From: Planctomycetota bacterium
Lineage (GTDB): Bacteria; Planctomycetota; PLA2; JAEUHO01
Direction of reading: 5' to 3'
Assembly (NCBI GenBank): GCA_029259795.1
Contig: JAJDEM010000264.1
Location: forward strand, 1-43,561
DNA length: 43,561 nt
A model generated the notes under the pieces. It was not told the DNA's origin. It ran no database searches and was given only the letters and a program-made list of their open reading frames with translations. Made by a program: the position numbers and the translations under genes. Below, piece by piece: positions 1 through 7,740 of the stretch (the first letter of the stretch is position 1; every line of letters starts with the position of its first letter).

Positions 1-1331
1 CGCGGGATGACGCGCCCGGCACGGTAGAGGACGGCGAGGCGGCGCTGCGCTACGGGGTGCCCCTTGAATGCTGCGTGGCGGAACCAGTCAAAGGCCACGC
101 GCTCGCTGCGCGCCACGCCCCCCTCGCCTGTGTAGAGCAGGTGGGCCACCTGCGCGCAGGACTCCACGTCGCCGGCACGCCCGGCCGCTACGTAGTACTC
201 CATGGCCCGTGCACCGCTCTGCGGCGTGCCGCGCCCTTCGAAGTGCAGGTCGCCCAACGTGCGGAGCGCCAGCGGCTCTCCCTCGGCGCCGGCCGTCTTG
301 AGCAAGGCGTGGGCTCGCGGCAGGTCTTGCGGCACGCCGGCGCCGTCCAGGAGCAGGAACGCCGTCTCGAGGGTCGCCAGCGTGTGGCCCTGCGCAGCAG
401 CCTTGGTGAACCAGGTCAGCGCCTGCTTGGGATCCTTGGCGACACCCTGCCCCAGGCTGTAGGCGACACCCAGGTTGTATTGTGCGGCCGCCAGCCCTTG
501 AGCCGCTGCTTGCTTGAACAGCGTCGCTGCGCGCGCCGGATCCTTGGCGCCGGCGCGACCGTCGAGCGCGAGGAGCCCGAGCTCGAACTGGGCGTCCGCG
601 AAGCCGAGCTTCGCCGCAGGCTCGAGCCAGCGAAGCGCTGCGGTCAGATCCTGCTTCGCGCCGACACCCGTGAGGTAGGCGAGGCCCAGGGCGCGCACCG
701 ACTCACCGTGGCCTGCTTCGGCGGCTCGGGTGTGAAGTGCCAGCGCGCGCACTCGATCCTGCGGGCCGCCACGGCCCTCGGCGAGCATCTCGGCGAGGCG
801 TGCCATGGCATCTGGTGATCCGCGGTTCACCGCGATGCCGTACCAGGTACGCGCGCTCTCGCGGTCCGTGGGGACGCCGGCGCCCTCTTCGTGGAGCCGG
901 CCGAGCTCGAAGGCTGCCTCGGCGGAGCCGAGGGCCGATGCAGCGGCGAGCAGGCCCAGTGCGCGCTGAAGATCGCGGCGGACCCCATCGCCTGCGAGGT
1001 GCCTCCGCGCGAGAACGAGGAGTGCGTAGTCGTCCCCAGCCTCGGCGGCGTCCTCATACCAGCGAAGGGCCGTCGCCACATCGTGGCTGCGGCTCTTCGG
1101 ATGGGCGTAGTAGTCCCCGAGGAGAGCCATCGAGGCGGCGTCACCGGCTGTCGCCCGAGCCTTCACTTCGGCGAACGACGGGATGCCATGCGCCTTCTTG
1201 GGATCGACGATGCGCAGGAAGTCTTCCGTCGTGGTGGGCGCTGGCTTGTCGTCGGCGAACGCCCGCGGCGCTCCCAGCGTCGTGACGACGAAGGCCGTCA
1301 GGAGAGAGAGCGAGAGGAGCCGGGCGCGCAT
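1..1331 (-). CDS. Secreted Sel1/TPR-like repeat protein (C-terminus beyond window start)
   Basis: Absent from the ORF track because it has no stop inside the window. Minus-strand translation from ATG 1331 gives MRARLLSLSLLTAFVVTTLGAPRAFA|DD (signal peptide). About 11 Sel1-type repeats follow (e.g. ALRWYEDAAEAGDDYALLVLARRHLAGDGV, ALTWFTKAAAQGHTLATLETAFLLLDGAGV). Track ORF 57..818(+) is its antisense shadow. Confidence 0.85.
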   Translation of the reverse strand, partial: MRARLLSLSLLTAFVVTTLGAPRAFADDKPAPTTTEDFLRIVDPKKAHGIPSFAEVKARATAGDAASMALLGDYYAHPKSRSHDVATALRWYEDAAEAGDDYALLVLARRHLAGDGVRRDLQRALGLLAAASALGSAEAAFELGRLHEEGAGVPTDRESARTWYGIAVNRGSPDAMARLAEMLAEGRGGPQDRVRALALHTRAAEAGHGESVRALGLAYLTGVGAKQDLTAALRWLEPAAKLGFADAQFELGLLALDGRAGAKDPARAATLFKQAAAQGLAAAQYNLGVAYSLGQGVAKDPKQALTWFTKAAAQGHTLATLETAFLLLDGAGVPQDLPRAHALLKTAGAEGEPLALRTLGDLHFEGRGTPQSGARAMEYYVAAGRAGDVESCAQVAHLLYTGEGGVARSERVAFDWFRHAAFKGHPVAQRRLAVLYRAGRVIP

Positions 1332-1353
1332 GCGTCGACCATACTCCGGCTGC

Positions 1354-2628
1354 GTGGCCCGTGTCGTCGAGCAGCGCTACGCTGAAGCCCGCTTTTCCCC
1401 CCACGCAGACCGCAGAGACGAGGGCCCCGTGGCCATCCGCATTTCCGGCATTGTGCGAGCCGCCCGAACCGTCCAAGGCCGGCTGCAGCACGGCATCCCT
1501 GAGTGGGAGCGCACGGCGTTCCTGGCGGATGCCGCCGAGCAGGTCCGGGCCATCGACATGGTGCTGGACGACCTCGGAGCCTGCGTAGAGGACCTGCCCG
1601 TGCCGTCCCAGCGCGCGTATGCCGTGCTGCGCGCTGCCGCGGCGATGACGCCCGACGTCTTGCCCCTCTCCGATACGACGGCGCCGGTCGTCAAGCCGCT
1701 CAGGATCCCTGGGCTGGTCGGCGCCCTGCGGGCTCAACTGGGCAGGCTTGCGACGCAACCCGATGGCGAGGCGACCGTCGAGCAGGTCCAGCGGACGTCG
1801 GCCGCGCATGCCGAGCGCGTTCGTGCGATCTGCGCCGAGGAACGCGCCGCCCCCTCGGGCTTGCCGAAGCCCTCGGCGCAGGCCTTCGGCATGCTTGCGT
1901 GGTTGGCCGTGCCCGAGAACACCGAGTGCTATGCGCGGCAGCACGCCCTGGCCATGCAGTACCTCGAGCCCGTACTCCTCGCGGCGTCGCCCGGGCGAAT
2001 CCTGCGGCTGACGTTCGAGCCGGGTCGCAACGTCCACGCGCTGCGCAAGCGTGGTCGGCTGCTCACCTTGAAGTTGAGCGTGGGCTATCTTGCGGCCGCG
2101 CCGTCTGACTTCGCGGATCTCGCCGAGGCGTTCGTGCAGCGCGACGCGCTCCCCCCGGCGCTCGGCGCGCGCTACCGGGCCTTCCACGGCTCCGAGCCGT
2201 CCGCCGCCGTGATCCGCGCCGTGGATGAGCTCTGGCGCCCCAGCGCCGAGCAGGCGGGGGGCCGGACCTACAATCTCGATGTGATCTTTCGGCGGCTCAA
2301 TGCGGCCTACTTCGAGGGACGCATGGCCCGACCGCAGCTTGTGTGGGAGGCGTCGCTCTCGTCGCGTCGCTTTGGCACCTACACCGCGGCGGGGGACCGG
2401 GTGGTGATCGACGCGCGCTTGGATGATCCGGCCGTGCCCGAGTTCGTTGCCGAGTGCGTGCTCTTCCACGAGCTGCTCCACAAGCACTACGGGACCCCGG
2501 AGGTCGCCGGCCGACGGCGCGTCCATCCGCCGCACTTCAAGCAGCATGAACTCGAGCATCCCCGCTTCGAGGAGAGCGAGCGCTGGCTCGCGGCGCTCGC
2601 GGCCGGCGAGCGCGCCCCCCTCGATTGA
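1354..2628 (+). CDS. SprT-like HExxH zinc-metallopeptidase-domain protein with large uncharacterised N-terminal region (start uncertain)
   Basis: The C-terminal ~120 aa (YNLDVIFRRLNAAYFEGRM...RRFGTY...VVIDARL...LFHELLHKHYG...HPPHF) resemble the SprT/DUF45 HExxH module. The track start 1183 overlaps the divergent Sel1 gene. In-frame candidates are GTG 1354, GTG 1453 and ATG 1558. By hand count, GC3 of 1354-1557 is about 81%, so coding probably begins before 1558. Confidence 0.6.
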   Translation: MARVVEQRYAEARFSPHADRRDEGPVAIRISGIVRAARTVQGRLQHGIPEWERTAFLADAAEQVRAIDMVLDDLGACVEDLPVPSQRAYAVLRAAAAMTPDVLPLSDTTAPVVKPLRIPGLVGALRAQLGRLATQPDGEATVEQVQRTSAAHAERVRAICAEERAAPSGLPKPSAQAFGMLAWLAVPENTECYARQHALAMQYLEPVLLAASPGRILRLTFEPGRNVHALRKRGRLLTLKLSVGYLAAAPSDFADLAEAFVQRDALPPALGARYRAFHGSEPSAAVIRAVDELWRPSAEQAGGRTYNLDVIFRRLNAAYFEGRMARPQLVWEASLSSRRFGTYTAAGDRVVIDARLDDPAVPEFVAECVLFHELLHKHYGTPEVAGRRRVHPPHFKQHELEHPRFEESERWLAALAAGERAPLD

Positions 2629-2733
2629 CCGCGCGCTCGCAGGCGAACGCCATTCGGGTTGCGTTTCCCTCGGCGGGGGTGGATCCTCTTTCCTCCCCAG
2701 CAACGCGCCGCCGACGGCGTCAAGGAGTCCCCC

Positions 2734-3381
2734 ATGACGACCCCCGAATCCCCCGCGCTGCCGCGCCTCAACGAACCGGCGCCGGATTTCACCGCGCCGA
2801 CGACCCACGGGCCCAAGTCACTCAAGGACTACGGCGGTCGCTGGCTCGTCCTCTTTTCCCACCCGGCGGACTTCACCCCTGTCTGCACGACCGAGTTCAT
2901 GGCCTTTGCGAACGCGCATGATCGCTTCCAGGCCTTGAACTGCGACCTGCTCGGGCTGTCGATCGACAGCAATTTCTCGCACATCGCCTGGATGCGCACC
3001 ATCGAAGAGAAGTTCGGCGTGAAGGTCCCGTTTCCCGTGATCGCCGATCTCTCGATGACGGTGGCCAACGCCTACGGGATGATCCACCAGGGTGCGAGCG
3101 ACACCTCCGCCGTCCGCTGCACGTTCTTCATCGACCCCGAGGGCATCATGCGGGCGATGGTCTACTACCCGCTCTCCAACGGGCGCTCGATCGACGAGTT
3201 CTTGCGGCTTCTCGAGGCCCTGCAGACGAGCGATACACACGGCGTCGCGACGCCCGAGGGCTGGAAGCCCGGTGACAAGGTGATCGTGCCGCCCCCGGCG
3301 ACGGCCGCCGACGCCGCCGAGCGGATGGAAGCCGGCTACGAGTGCACGGATTGGTTCTTCTGCAAGAAGGACCTCCCCTAG
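2734..3381 (+). CDS. Peroxiredoxin, 1-Cys/Prx6-type
   Basis: Track ORF 2659..3381. I prefer ATG 2734, preceded by AAGGAG (2722-2727). FSHPADFTPVCTTE is the peroxidatic-Cys motif. The ~215 aa length with a C-terminal extension fits the Prx6-type. Confidence 0.93.
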   Translation: MTTPESPALPRLNEPAPDFTAPTTHGPKSLKDYGGRWLVLFSHPADFTPVCTTEFMAFANAHDRFQALNCDLLGLSIDSNFSHIAWMRTIEEKFGVKVPFPVIADLSMTVANAYGMIHQGASDTSAVRCTFFIDPEGIMRAMVYYPLSNGRSIDEFLRLLEALQTSDTHGVATPEGWKPGDKVIVPPPATAADAAERMEAGYECTDWFFCKKDLP

Positions 3382-3405
3382 GGCTTGGTGGAGAAGGAGC
3401 GGCCC

Positions 3406-5790
3406 ATGCGTAGCACCTCGATCCTGGTTCGTGCGGTGCCCTGTGCCCTCGTGGCGGCCCTCCTCTTCTCCTCCGGCGGGGCGGCGCTCGGTGAAGACGA
3501 GCCCGCCTTTCCCAACCCCTACTTCGAGAAGACCGAGTGGAAGGTCTGGCGCGACGACGACAAGCCCGTCGAAGGCATCACAAGCCTGGTGCGCGAAGGC
3601 AAGGAGAAGAAGCAGGTCCCGATCACCCTTGCGCCGATCGCGAAAGACAAGCGGACATACCCCGTCGAGCCGCCGCAGAAGCCCGACGACGACCCGTATC
3701 TCGTTTTCAAGGCGAGTGCGACGCCGTCAAAGAAGTTTGCCGGCATGTGGGACGACGTCTACGCGAGCTGGTCCGGGCTGCACGGCTACGTGCGCACCCG
3801 CTGGCGCGCCCCCGACAAGAGCAACGTCACGGTCCGCGGACAGATCATGGACTTCGTGGACGTGCGCCAGAACGCGATGATGGCGGCAGGTGTGAACTTC
3901 GTCCATCAGTCCACGACGAGCATGGGCCACGGCATCACCAACGGGCTGTACTTCAAGCGGACCATGAACTTCGAGCAGCTCTACTTCGCCGACCTGCTCG
4001 TGACGTCGCCGGCGCACGCGTCCATCACCGATCATCGGGCGGACTTCACGCAGGATCTCTACACGGCGCACGTCTCGACCTTGTTCAACTCCTGCGGTTC
4101 TTCGAACAGCGAGACCATGGCCATCACGAAGATGGCGATCGTCGGCGCCTACTTCTCGCCGTCGATGAAGCTGCTGCTCAAGCGCAATGGCCTCTATCCC
4201 GCCGCCCTGCTCTACATCTGGAAGGCCGCGCTGCCCTACGCCGTGCCGTACGGCCATGAGCTGCGCCATCGGATCTGCTACAAGGCCGTCGGTGATCGCG
4301 TCGCGTACTCCAAGGTCGAGAAGTACAACGCGACGAGTCTGGATCGCGGCGAGATGTCTCTGCCCTATCACCAGTACGACGACCAGGCGCACATGCGCGC
4401 GATGGTCGACATCGCGCGCTCCATGGACGTCGCGTTGCCCGAGGCGGTCTTCAGCGTCATCCGCGCCGAGGGTGAGGGCGACGAGGGCTACAAGCTGCGC
4501 AAGGCCGCGATGATCGTCCAGGAGAAGGGCAAGGACATCACCCTGACGGTCTCCACCGAGAGTTCGTACGACCTCCAGGGGCTGCCGCTGAACCTCCGCT
4601 GGCGCTTGCTCTACGGCAACAAGGAGACGACCATCAAGCAGGAGCCGCCCGAGGAGGGCACGGACGATCCCGGCGAGTGGACGATCCACGTGCCCTGGGA
4701 CGACGCGCTTCCCGAAGGCCGCACGGCCATTGCCCTGATCGCGAACAACGGACGGTTTGATTCGAACCCTGCGATCATCACGGTCTATCGCAAGAAGAGC
4801 GAGGCCTTGCCGCCCTCGGGCATGGGGCCGGGGGACTACAAGTGGCCGGGCACCCACAACAACCGACGCCCCGTGATCCTGGGACTGCAGGACGGCTGGG
4901 TGAAGCCCGGGAGCGAGTTCGAGCTTCCGATCCAGGCCTTTGACCCCGAGGGCTTCCCGGTCACCTACTACAAGCGTGGTGGCGAGGTGGGGGCGCTCGA
5001 TGGGAGTACGTTCACGTGGCGCTCTCCCCGGAGGGGCGCGCGTCCGGAGGAGCGTGTCACGCTCATTGCGTCCGATGCGTGTGGAGGCAGCAGCTACGGA
5101 GGCGAGGCGTTTACGATCCACGTCGGCAAGCCGGCCGTCCTCGCCCAGATCGGCATCAAGCATCTGGTGGGCAAGGCGCCGATGACGGTGAAGGTCTCGG
5201 CCAAGCCGTCCCTCGGGAAGAAGCTCAAGTACGGCTGGGACTTCTACCAACCCTCCTACAAGCGCAAGCCGCTCGCTTTCGAGAAGATGGAGCACGGTCG
5301 GGAGGCCAGCCACACCTTCAAGAAGCCCGGGATCTACGAGGTTGCCCTGGCGGTCGAGGGTGCGGCCGGCAAAGACGCGGAGACGATCCGCGTCTATGTG
5401 ACCAAGGGCGCCCCGCCGAAGCGGAAGGCTGCGCTGCGCGTCGAGGGCGGGGGCGTACTCGTTCGCGAGGGGGATACCTCACCGGACGCATTCGACGATA
5501 CGGACTTCGGGGTCGGGCAGACCGGCGCTGAGATCGTCCGCACCTTCCATCTGATCAACACAGGGGATGCGGACCTGCGCCTGGATCGCAAGGCGCCCGT
5601 CACCCTGAGCGGTGACGGTGCGTCGGCCTTCCGCGTGGTTGGCAAGCCGCGGCGCACGATCGAGCCGCGCGGCAGCAGTCTGCTGCGCGTCCGCTTCAAG
5701 CCGAAGGAGGCTGGCGTCGCCGAGGCGAGCGTCGAGATCAAGACGAGCAGCAAGACCTACCGCTTCACGGTTCGCGGGACTGCCCGCTAG
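3406..5790 (+). CDS. Secreted multidomain protein: unknown N-terminal domain + cadherin-like/Ig + PKD + choice-of-anchor-D-like domain
   Basis: The track starts at TTG 3385; ATG 3406 follows GGAGAAGGAG. Signal peptide MRSTSILVRAVPCALVAALLFSSGGAALG. About 450 aa have no family I recognise and contain HELRH at 4255-4269. Then come a cadherin-like module (PIQAFDPEGFPVTYY), a PKD module (WDF...HTFKKPGIYEVALAV) and a C-terminal beta-sandwich (DFGVGQTG...FHLINTGDADL). Confidence 0.85.
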   Translation: MRSTSILVRAVPCALVAALLFSSGGAALGEDEPAFPNPYFEKTEWKVWRDDDKPVEGITSLVREGKEKKQVPITLAPIAKDKRTYPVEPPQKPDDDPYLVFKASATPSKKFAGMWDDVYASWSGLHGYVRTRWRAPDKSNVTVRGQIMDFVDVRQNAMMAAGVNFVHQSTTSMGHGITNGLYFKRTMNFEQLYFADLLVTSPAHASITDHRADFTQDLYTAHVSTLFNSCGSSNSETMAITKMAIVGAYFSPSMKLLLKRNGLYPAALLYIWKAALPYAVPYGHELRHRICYKAVGDRVAYSKVEKYNATSLDRGEMSLPYHQYDDQAHMRAMVDIARSMDVALPEAVFSVIRAEGEGDEGYKLRKAAMIVQEKGKDITLTVSTESSYDLQGLPLNLRWRLLYGNKETTIKQEPPEEGTDDPGEWTIHVPWDDALPEGRTAIALIANNGRFDSNPAIITVYRKKSEALPPSGMGPGDYKWPGTHNNRRPVILGLQDGWVKPGSEFELPIQAFDPEGFPVTYYKRGGEVGALDGSTFTWRSPRRGARPEERVTLIASDACGGSSYGGEAFTIHVGKPAVLAQIGIKHLVGKAPMTVKVSAKPSLGKKLKYGWDFYQPSYKRKPLAFEKMEHGREASHTFKKPGIYEVALAVEGAAGKDAETIRVYVTKGAPPKRKAALRVEGGGVLVREGDTSPDAFDDTDFGVGQTGAEIVRTFHLINTGDADLRLDRKAPVTLSGDGASAFRVVGKPRRTIEPRGSSLLRVRFKPKEAGVAEASVEIKTSSKTYRFTVRGTAR

Positions 5791-5830
5791 ACGCCCAGCG
5801 CTGTGTTGGCCCTGCGGCTCTGGGGTCGAC

Positions 5831-7600
5831 CTACGGGCCGCGGCGGCGATGGCCGCGCTGGGGACCGCTCGGGCCGCGGGTGTCGGGGCCGCGCTGCGCC
5901 CGGCCCTTCGGGCCGTACTTGCGCGGCCCGCTCGGACCGCCGGCCTTGCGATGGGGGCGCGGGCGCTGCGGCCGGCCGCCACCCCCGCCACCGTGACCGT
6001 CACCTTCGGGATGGGCCAGTCGGGCGCGAATCGTCCGACCGGAGATCTTGGTGCCCGCCAGTCCGTCGAGAATCGTCTGCACGTGCGAGCTGGCCACCTC
6101 GACGAACGTCACTCGCTCGCGCATGTTGATGCGGCCGACCACGCGGCCGGGCAACCCGGTCTCCCCCGCGATGGCCGCCACGATTGCACCCGGCTTGACG
6201 CGATCGCGAATGCCGACAGGAATGACGATCTCGACCAGGTCGCCCGTGTCGGCGACGTCCGGCGGACGGTCCTCCCCCTTCGGGGCGTTCAGCGGTCCGT
6301 CGCCCCAAGCCAGACGCAAGGCGGCGGCGGCGAGGCTCTCGGCGTCGAAGTCACCGGCCTCGATGATCTCCTTCGCCCAGGCAACGAACTCCGGCGGCAT
6401 GTCGGCGTAGCTGCCCTGGAGCTTCTCCAGGACGCGCGTGCGCTGGCGCACGAGGAGTTCCTCCACCCCCGGAATGCGCATCTGCTCCATCGGCTGACCG
6501 CTGAAGCGCTCGATGCTGCGCAGCTGGCGCTGTTCACGGGGCTGCCACAGGGAGATCGCGCGACCGGTACGGCCTGCGCGACCGGTACGGCCGACACGGT
6601 GGACGTAGACCTCGGGGTCGCGGGGCAAGTCGTAGTTGACGACGAGCCCGATGTGATCGATGTCGAGCCCGCGGGCGGCGACATCGGTTCCGACGACGAT
6701 CTGGATGCGGCGGCCGCGGAGTCGCTTGACGACAGCGTCACGCTGCGCCTGGTTCATGCCGCCGTGGATGCCGTCGGCGCCGAAGCCGCGCGACTGCAGG
6801 TGCTCGGCGAGGCCGGCGGCGGCCCGCTGGGTCCCTACGAAAATGAGGACGGCTTCGTGGTCCTCCACACCGAGCAAGCGCTCCAACGCCTCGAGCTTGT
6901 TGTGGTGTGAGACCCGCAGACTGAACTGCTCGATCTTCTCGACGGTCTTCGTCTGCTGGGTGATGCGCACGTCGACCGGATCGTTCAGGTGGCGCTCGGC
7001 AACGCGCCGGATCGGTCCGGGCATCGTCGCGGAGAACAGCGCGATCTGTCGTTCGGCGGGGGCCTTGTCGAGGATCCACTCGACGTCCTCGAGGAAGCCC
7101 ATGTTGAGCATCTCGTCGGCTTCGTCCAAGCAGAAGAAATGCACACCCGAGAGGTCGAGGGTGCCGCGCTTGAGGTGGTCGGTCACGCGACCGGGTGTGC
7201 CGATGACGACGTGCACCGTTCCACGCAAGGCCTTGTGCTGGACATGGATGGGCTGGCCGCCGTAGACGGGCAGTACGCGCACGCCGTACTTGCCGACCTG
7301 CTTGCCGTACGCGCGCACCGCGGCGGCCACCTGCATCGCGAGCTCACGCGTGGGCGTCAGCACGATGGCCTGGACATCCTTGCGCTTCATGTCGAGGCGC
7401 TGCAGCAGCGGGATGGCGAACGCGGCCGTCTTGCCGGTTCCCGTCTGGGCTTGGCCGATCAAGTCGTGTCCGGCGAGGAGGGGCGGGATGGCGCCGGCCT
7501 GGATGGCGGAGGGCGTCTCGTAGCCGAGTTCTGTAACAGCGCTAAGGAGTTCGGGCGCAAGGCCTAGATCTTCAAAACGGACATCGGGTTCAGTAGTCAT
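5831..7600 (-). CDS. deaD: DEAD-box ATP-dependent RNA helicase with DbpA-type C-terminal RNA-binding domain and Arg/Gly-rich tail
   Basis: Motifs AQTGTGKT, DEAD (CLDEADEM), SAT, HGGMNQAQRD, ARGLDI and HRVGRTGRAG. The track ORF extends to 7801, but ATG 7600 (MTTEPDVRFEDLGL) gives the canonical N-terminus. The extension is Arg/Pro-rich and overlaps the RND gene end. Confidence 0.93.
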   Translation of the reverse strand: MTTEPDVRFEDLGLAPELLSAVTELGYETPSAIQAGAIPPLLAGHDLIGQAQTGTGKTAAFAIPLLQRLDMKRKDVQAIVLTPTRELAMQVAAAVRAYGKQVGKYGVRVLPVYGGQPIHVQHKALRGTVHVVIGTPGRVTDHLKRGTLDLSGVHFFCLDEADEMLNMGFLEDVEWILDKAPAERQIALFSATMPGPIRRVAERHLNDPVDVRITQQTKTVEKIEQFSLRVSHHNKLEALERLLGVEDHEAVLIFVGTQRAAAGLAEHLQSRGFGADGIHGGMNQAQRDAVVKRLRGRRIQIVVGTDVAARGLDIDHIGLVVNYDLPRDPEVYVHRVGRTGRAGRTGRAISLWQPREQRQLRSIERFSGQPMEQMRIPGVEELLVRQRTRVLEKLQGSYADMPPEFVAWAKEIIEAGDFDAESLAAAALRLAWGDGPLNAPKGEDRPPDVADTGDLVEIVIPVGIRDRVKPGAIVAAIAGETGLPGRVVGRINMRERVTFVEVASSHVQTILDGLAGTKISGRTIRARLAHPEGDGHGGGGGGRPQRPRPHRKAGGPSGPRKYGPKGRAQRGPDTRGPSGPQRGHRRRGP

Positions 7601-7740
7601 GACCCTGCGCAGGCTACTGCCAGTGCGGCGCGGCGCGTCCCTGGGGCCGATGGATGCGGCGGGGCGGCCGGCCGAACGCGACGCAAACGCGGCGCAGCGC
7701 CGGCCGGTTGCCCCCGGCTGAGTGCCCTCGGTATGGGCGC

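Noticed and set aside
1330-1332. ATG 1330 (or track start 1183) as start of the SprT-like gene
   Set aside because: It would overlap the divergent Sel1 start codon (CATG) or lie inside the Sel1 coding region. Downstream GTG/ATG starts are more plausible.
1141-2808. 555-aa minus-strand ORF
   Set aside because: It is Arg/Gly/Pro/Ala-rich low-complexity with no motifs. It is fully antisense to the SprT-like gene, which has an HExxH module, and it overlaps the Sel1 gene and the prx upstream region. This is a typical high-GC antisense shadow.
3727-5313. 528-aa minus-strand ORF (and 3537..4259, 5016..5531 plus-strand off-frame ORFs)
   Set aside because: These are antisense or off-frame to the secreted multidomain protein, whose frame contains signal peptide, PKD and other domain signatures. 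Their composition is dominated by R, G, D, V and A.
5612-6910. 432-aa plus-strand ORF, plus 6660..7265 and 6989..7567
   Set aside because: They are antisense to the DEAD-box helicase, which carries all canonical helicase motifs.
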